In this document: piece after piece, positions 18,101 through 20,000 of the stretch
Position numbering within the stretch: the stretch's first letter is position 1
How the letters are laid out: the number at the start of each line of letters is the position of its first letter
IMG/VR virus record: IMGVR_UViG_3300034375_008561
Origin: an uncultured virus (IMG/VR IMGVR_UViG_3300034375_008561)
Taxonomy: Duplodnaviria; Heunggongvirae; Uroviricota; Caudoviricetes
Length of the DNA: 20,000 bases
Strand: one strand, 5' to 3'
Notes under the pieces: generated by a model
Told to the model about the DNA's origin: nothing
What the model saw: the letters and a program-made list of their open reading frames with translations, nothing else
The model's database searches: none
Made by a program: the position numbers and the translations under genes

Positions 18101-19693
18101 ATATTAGAAAATCCAATGAACTTAGTGAGTGAGGTTGAGAAAACAATTCAGAGACCTCAAATTCTTGCTATGTTATCTGAGATAGATATACAAGGTGTAG
18201 ATGCCAATGGCAATCCTATAACTGTAAAGATGTGGGATAGAAAAACAAGAAGTTTTCCTGCTTTTACAGAAGTTGATGGTGCACTAGAATTAGCTGAAGG
18301 GTTTAAGTCTAAAGAAAATATTGATACATACCTTCTTAATAATTCACAAGAATACTCCAATCTCTTTGGAGATGCTGGTACAATACCTAGAAATATTGCC
18401 TTTATAAATGGTGATTACCGTGAAACTAGTACATACTTATTTGAAAAGAATATGCTAACTGCTTTGGCAATGCTATTTAAAAGATGGTCTGTTGCAACAG
18501 TTAAGAAGAAACTTAGTATGTATCAAAGACTAGGAGAAAATAAGTCAGGAGATTTAGCTACAATTGCAACTGCAATGAAAGGTGGGACAGTTATGTTAGC
18601 TTCAGGGACTCTCCTTGGTCCCATTGGTGGAATTATTGGACTTTCACTTTATGGTGCAAGTGTAGGGAGAAGAGTTTATAAAGCAAAATTAAAAGCTGAT
18701 AAGATAAAAGCCACTGAAGCAGGGATGCATTTAAAGAATACCCAAGTTACGTGGTATAAAAGAAAAGGTTTTGTAAAAAGACAAATGGTTGCAAGTGCTA
18801 GACTTTCTATGGCAGCTTCTGCCACAGCTTTATCTATGATTATAAGTCCATTTACAAAGAAACAATACATAAATAGTGACAAAATAAAAAGAATAATGGA
18901 TGTCAGAGGTCTCAACGAATTAGATGGGACTGAAGTTACAGACAAAGAAATTAGACAAATTGAAGATGATTTATATTTCTTGACAACTTCAGTTGCTTCC
19001 ACTTTAAAGTTTCTTGCAATGAGAGCTTTAGTTATGTTAGCCCTTTACCCAGGGGAAGATGAAGAGAAGGAGCATAAAGAAAGAGTTGCAAGAGGAGATT
19101 TGTTTTGGTCAAGAATGGCTGCTGACCCAGATACTGCTCTATATTATACCTTAGAAAATATGTTCTCTGGATTCATACAAGATGCAAACATGCTATTCAA
19201 TATAAATGGTCTAGTTAGAGAGGGAGATGTATTTGGAGCTAAAAAGCTAGGTATTATGGCAAATGACCTTGAAAGTATAGCACAAGGTAATGCAGAGTTA
19301 AAGAGTGGGGAAAACAAGGGTAAAAACAGATTCTGGACTCACCTCTTTAAATATTATACTCCTGCAGCTATGAAAGATGGGATGTCAATGGGATTTGGGT
19401 CAAAATCTAAGAGAGATTATAATACTCAAAACTGGATTGACCAACTCAAGAGACCTAAAATTGAAAAAATAAATAGTGCTAGACTTGAAGCTAGAGAAAA
19501 ACATAAGAAAGCTTTGGAAGAATCCAGCTTGTGGTCTAATATGACTGAGAAACAAAGAAATCTTCAGATATCACGAGAGCTATCAAAGATGTTTCCTGTT
19601 GTTAGAGACGAAGACATGTATGATGATGGTTTCCCTGATATCAATAAAAGATGGAAATGGAAGGACTATTATGATGATGGGTATGGAAACTAG
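15191..19693 (+). CDS. 1500-aa large virion cargo/ejection protein with C-terminal hydrophobic (putative membrane) helices
   Basis: Starts 2 nt after the vRNAP stop. Largely helical, with hydrophobic segments at ~18554-18667, ~18785-18853 and ~18971-19051. The NGDY...LAMLFKRW segment (18407-18487) resembles C-terminal regions of large crAss-like virion proteins. Ends with TAG. Confidence 0.75.
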   Translation: MARCDIQLKEVTDLVNKKSEEVIALLSNKSLKEAKRLAPIMNDRHFYGARVIQVPKALGTTPVVIADKAMLAEAIENKITDDEKYEMEERMAELEAGQNYATLDMLPSGMKTYNKFNYSNVLNNKIILKAKLEAQRNLIKNKKRDKQQLRQVEYLNNTIKKLAQDIKHLRTADESLEVYLNSVARDVRNVKALLKNPTIDNIQAIGTYIEVLENITKKSGSEGNGFLMDDIDTIEEDNPIIFEQLKETIDEINLLRQKQNIAQERMTRELIRNYLKNTKGANNWDELDLDDAVEAHYKEQFESNREMAMGLQYVTGMDEQEKKNIIVSAIYKTYADALTQSNMKDKRKALDDIKDEVKAELIKLGHSTGRMFRKVANQNIFLRKNTSAHQLIGKFSSAWVAFQNKMKTENERITQNILYDPKKTSDEVELIKKTFQKLDANVDFFDVTLVPEIIEDDTLQHHKEFFGDIKEAEAYRDKLVAKIGQREYDKLKDDAMQKIFSYDIFLEQQEARLLERREQAKNNPKIPWNEETHVNRDLHYSYSKNPFIFAKTYKDTGSNQINKHYTVNGEKKFTNTPADMEFISYSPKHESYFDQDFKEIENNPVLNKAWGIMADLVEFNNQNGFNNSPNDLNEYSLAAMQKKLKQMPLSKLKLMGRKVLSHLHKNVTAEREMDENIDNQSNQVSGSRNLVDKQIKQLYKSKIAQYTKPDKKTKETVMQEAKAQILERQNPDLMDNILTATRMTEVFKAKREVEAEVLFLRNQLQKVKDRAAFKKITDFFINKEFYGINNRQHWGWLNVPPVEGRARWFSEHEKDIRTESKASIKALQERLKTETDDMIRADIQREIAAFEEFLESGGRVLTGGSVVEAILIKSTRVVAFSVNFGAQATNKVIADVNAWEVDGREGFWSAGAYHDSKSFSRKWKEYGGNLETKRQIKIGDLLLQRLEVFQNSSNEIFKLEKSKAKNALLAILENPMNLVSEVEKTIQRPQILAMLSEIDIQGVDANGNPITVKMWDRKTRSFPAFTEVDGALELAEGFKSKENIDTYLLNNSQEYSNLFGDAGTIPRNIAFINGDYRETSTYLFEKNMLTALAMLFKRWSVATVKKKLSMYQRLGENKSGDLATIATAMKGGTVMLASGTLLGPIGGIIGLSLYGASVGRRVYKAKLKADKIKATEAGMHLKNTQVTWYKRKGFVKRQMVASARLSMAASATALSMIISPFTKKQYINSDKIKRIMDVRGLNELDGTEVTDKEIRQIEDDLYFLTTSVASTLKFLAMRALVMLALYPGEDEEKEHKERVARGDLFWSRMAADPDTALYYTLENMFSGFIQDANMLFNINGLVREGDVFGAKKLGIMANDLESIAQGNAELKSGENKGKNRFWTHLFKYYTPAAMKDGMSMGFGSKSKRDYNTQNWIDQLKRPKIEKINSARLEAREKHKKALEESSLWSNMTEKQRNLQISRELSKMFPVVRDEDMYDDGFPDINKRWKWKDYYDDGYGN

Positions 19694-19702
19694 TGGTATG
19701 AG

Positions 19703-19744
19703 AAAAAAATAGGGTAGCCTAACATGTCTGTTAAGCTACCCTAT
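19703..19744 (-). terminator. Rho-independent terminator for minus-strand transcription
   Basis: On the minus strand: ATAGGGTAGCTTAACA-GACA-TGTTAGGCTACCCTAT followed by TTTTTT. This is a 16-bp stem with one G.U pair, a GNRA loop and a U-tract, about 20 nt after the TAG of the convergent gene. Confidence 0.85.
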
Positions 19745-19763
19745 GAAAATGATAAAAAGCTAA

Positions 19764-20000
19764 CTACTGTGATATCTTCAACCACATAATTGCCTCTGTT
19801 ATTTTGCTGTATATGTTAAATAAACACATACTTGTGTGTACATTACCTTGTGGTGAATAAACCTCTGCACATCTTCGCATCTCTTCTTCGTCAGTGACAA
19901 ATTCCACAAATATTTGGATTTGCTTTTCTAGGTAATTTATCATATCCTGAGTACTGTCATTATCTTTTGTTAAAACATCTACAATAGGGTTATACTGTAC
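19764..20000 (-). CDS. 3' end of a convergent minus-strand gene (5'-truncated by the window), hypothetical protein
   Basis: Open frame from the window edge: VQYNPIVDVLTKDNDSTQDMINYLEKQIQIFVEFVTDEEEMRRCAEVYSPQGNVHTSMCLFNIYSKITEAIMWLKISQ, then TAG at 19766-19764, directly followed by a correctly oriented terminator. Confidence 0.75.
   Translation of the reverse strand, partial: VQYNPIVDVLTKDNDSTQDMINYLEKQIQIFVEFVTDEEEMRRCAEVYSPQGNVHTSMCLFNIYSKITEAIMWLKISQ

Larger units (their letters stand above)
1..20000. mobile_element. Segment of a crAss-like Bacteroidota bacteriophage genome (virion cargo / RNA polymerase module)
   Basis: Giant co-oriented ORFs separated by 2-10 nt. One encodes a DFDID-type two-barrel RNA polymerase with a fused zincin, an arrangement known from crAss-like phages. 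AT-rich sequence, start codons without Shine-Dalgarno sites, and no recognisable cellular genes. Confidence 0.88.

Noticed and set aside
847..19002. The many 60-124 aa minus-strand ORFs in the ORF track
   Set aside because: All are nested antisense to the long + strand genes and are rich in Ser/Leu/Phe/Ile, as expected for shadow frames of purine-rich coding DNA. None has a recognisable motif.
218..19693. Stop-codon reassignment (TAG/TGA recoding known in some crAss-like phages)
   Set aside because: 6485 codons are open under the standard code with no internal TAG or TGA, and TAG ends both genes flanking the terminator.
1..20000. CRISPR arrays, tRNA/rRNA genes, promoters, and cellular rpoB/rpoC or T7/N4-type RNAP assignment
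   Set aside because: The window is almost entirely coding, with no periodic repeats or cloverleaf seen and no intergenic room for a supportable promoter. The polymerase lacks the NADFDGD context and the Pol A-family motifs.

Overview
The window is a segment of a crAss-like (Crassvirales-type) Bacteroidota phage genome, covering the virion cargo (ejection protein) module. The + strand carries a tightly packed operon: the end of an upstream gene (2-214), a 648-aa probable cargo protein, a 4337-aa protein and a 1500-aa probable membrane-inserting ejection protein. The 4337-aa protein joins an N-terminal ejection-protein-like region, a two-barrel DNA-dependent virion RNA polymerase (RIP...GQDFDID catalytic motif, as in Cellulophaga phage phi14:2 gp66) and a C-terminal HExxH zincin domain. 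A minus-strand intrinsic terminator and the 3' end of a convergent gene close the window. The most striking pattern: by eye, the three complete proteins (6485 residues) contain only two cysteines, the penultimate residue of the RNAP protein and residue 4 of the next protein, suggesting a head-to-tail disulfide chain of cargo proteins. Other observations are apparent GATC avoidance, a second GQDFDI copy 780 codons upstream of the active site, and a weak Acb2/Tad1-like motif in the convergent gene. Family assignments rest on motifs recognised by eye; no searches were run.
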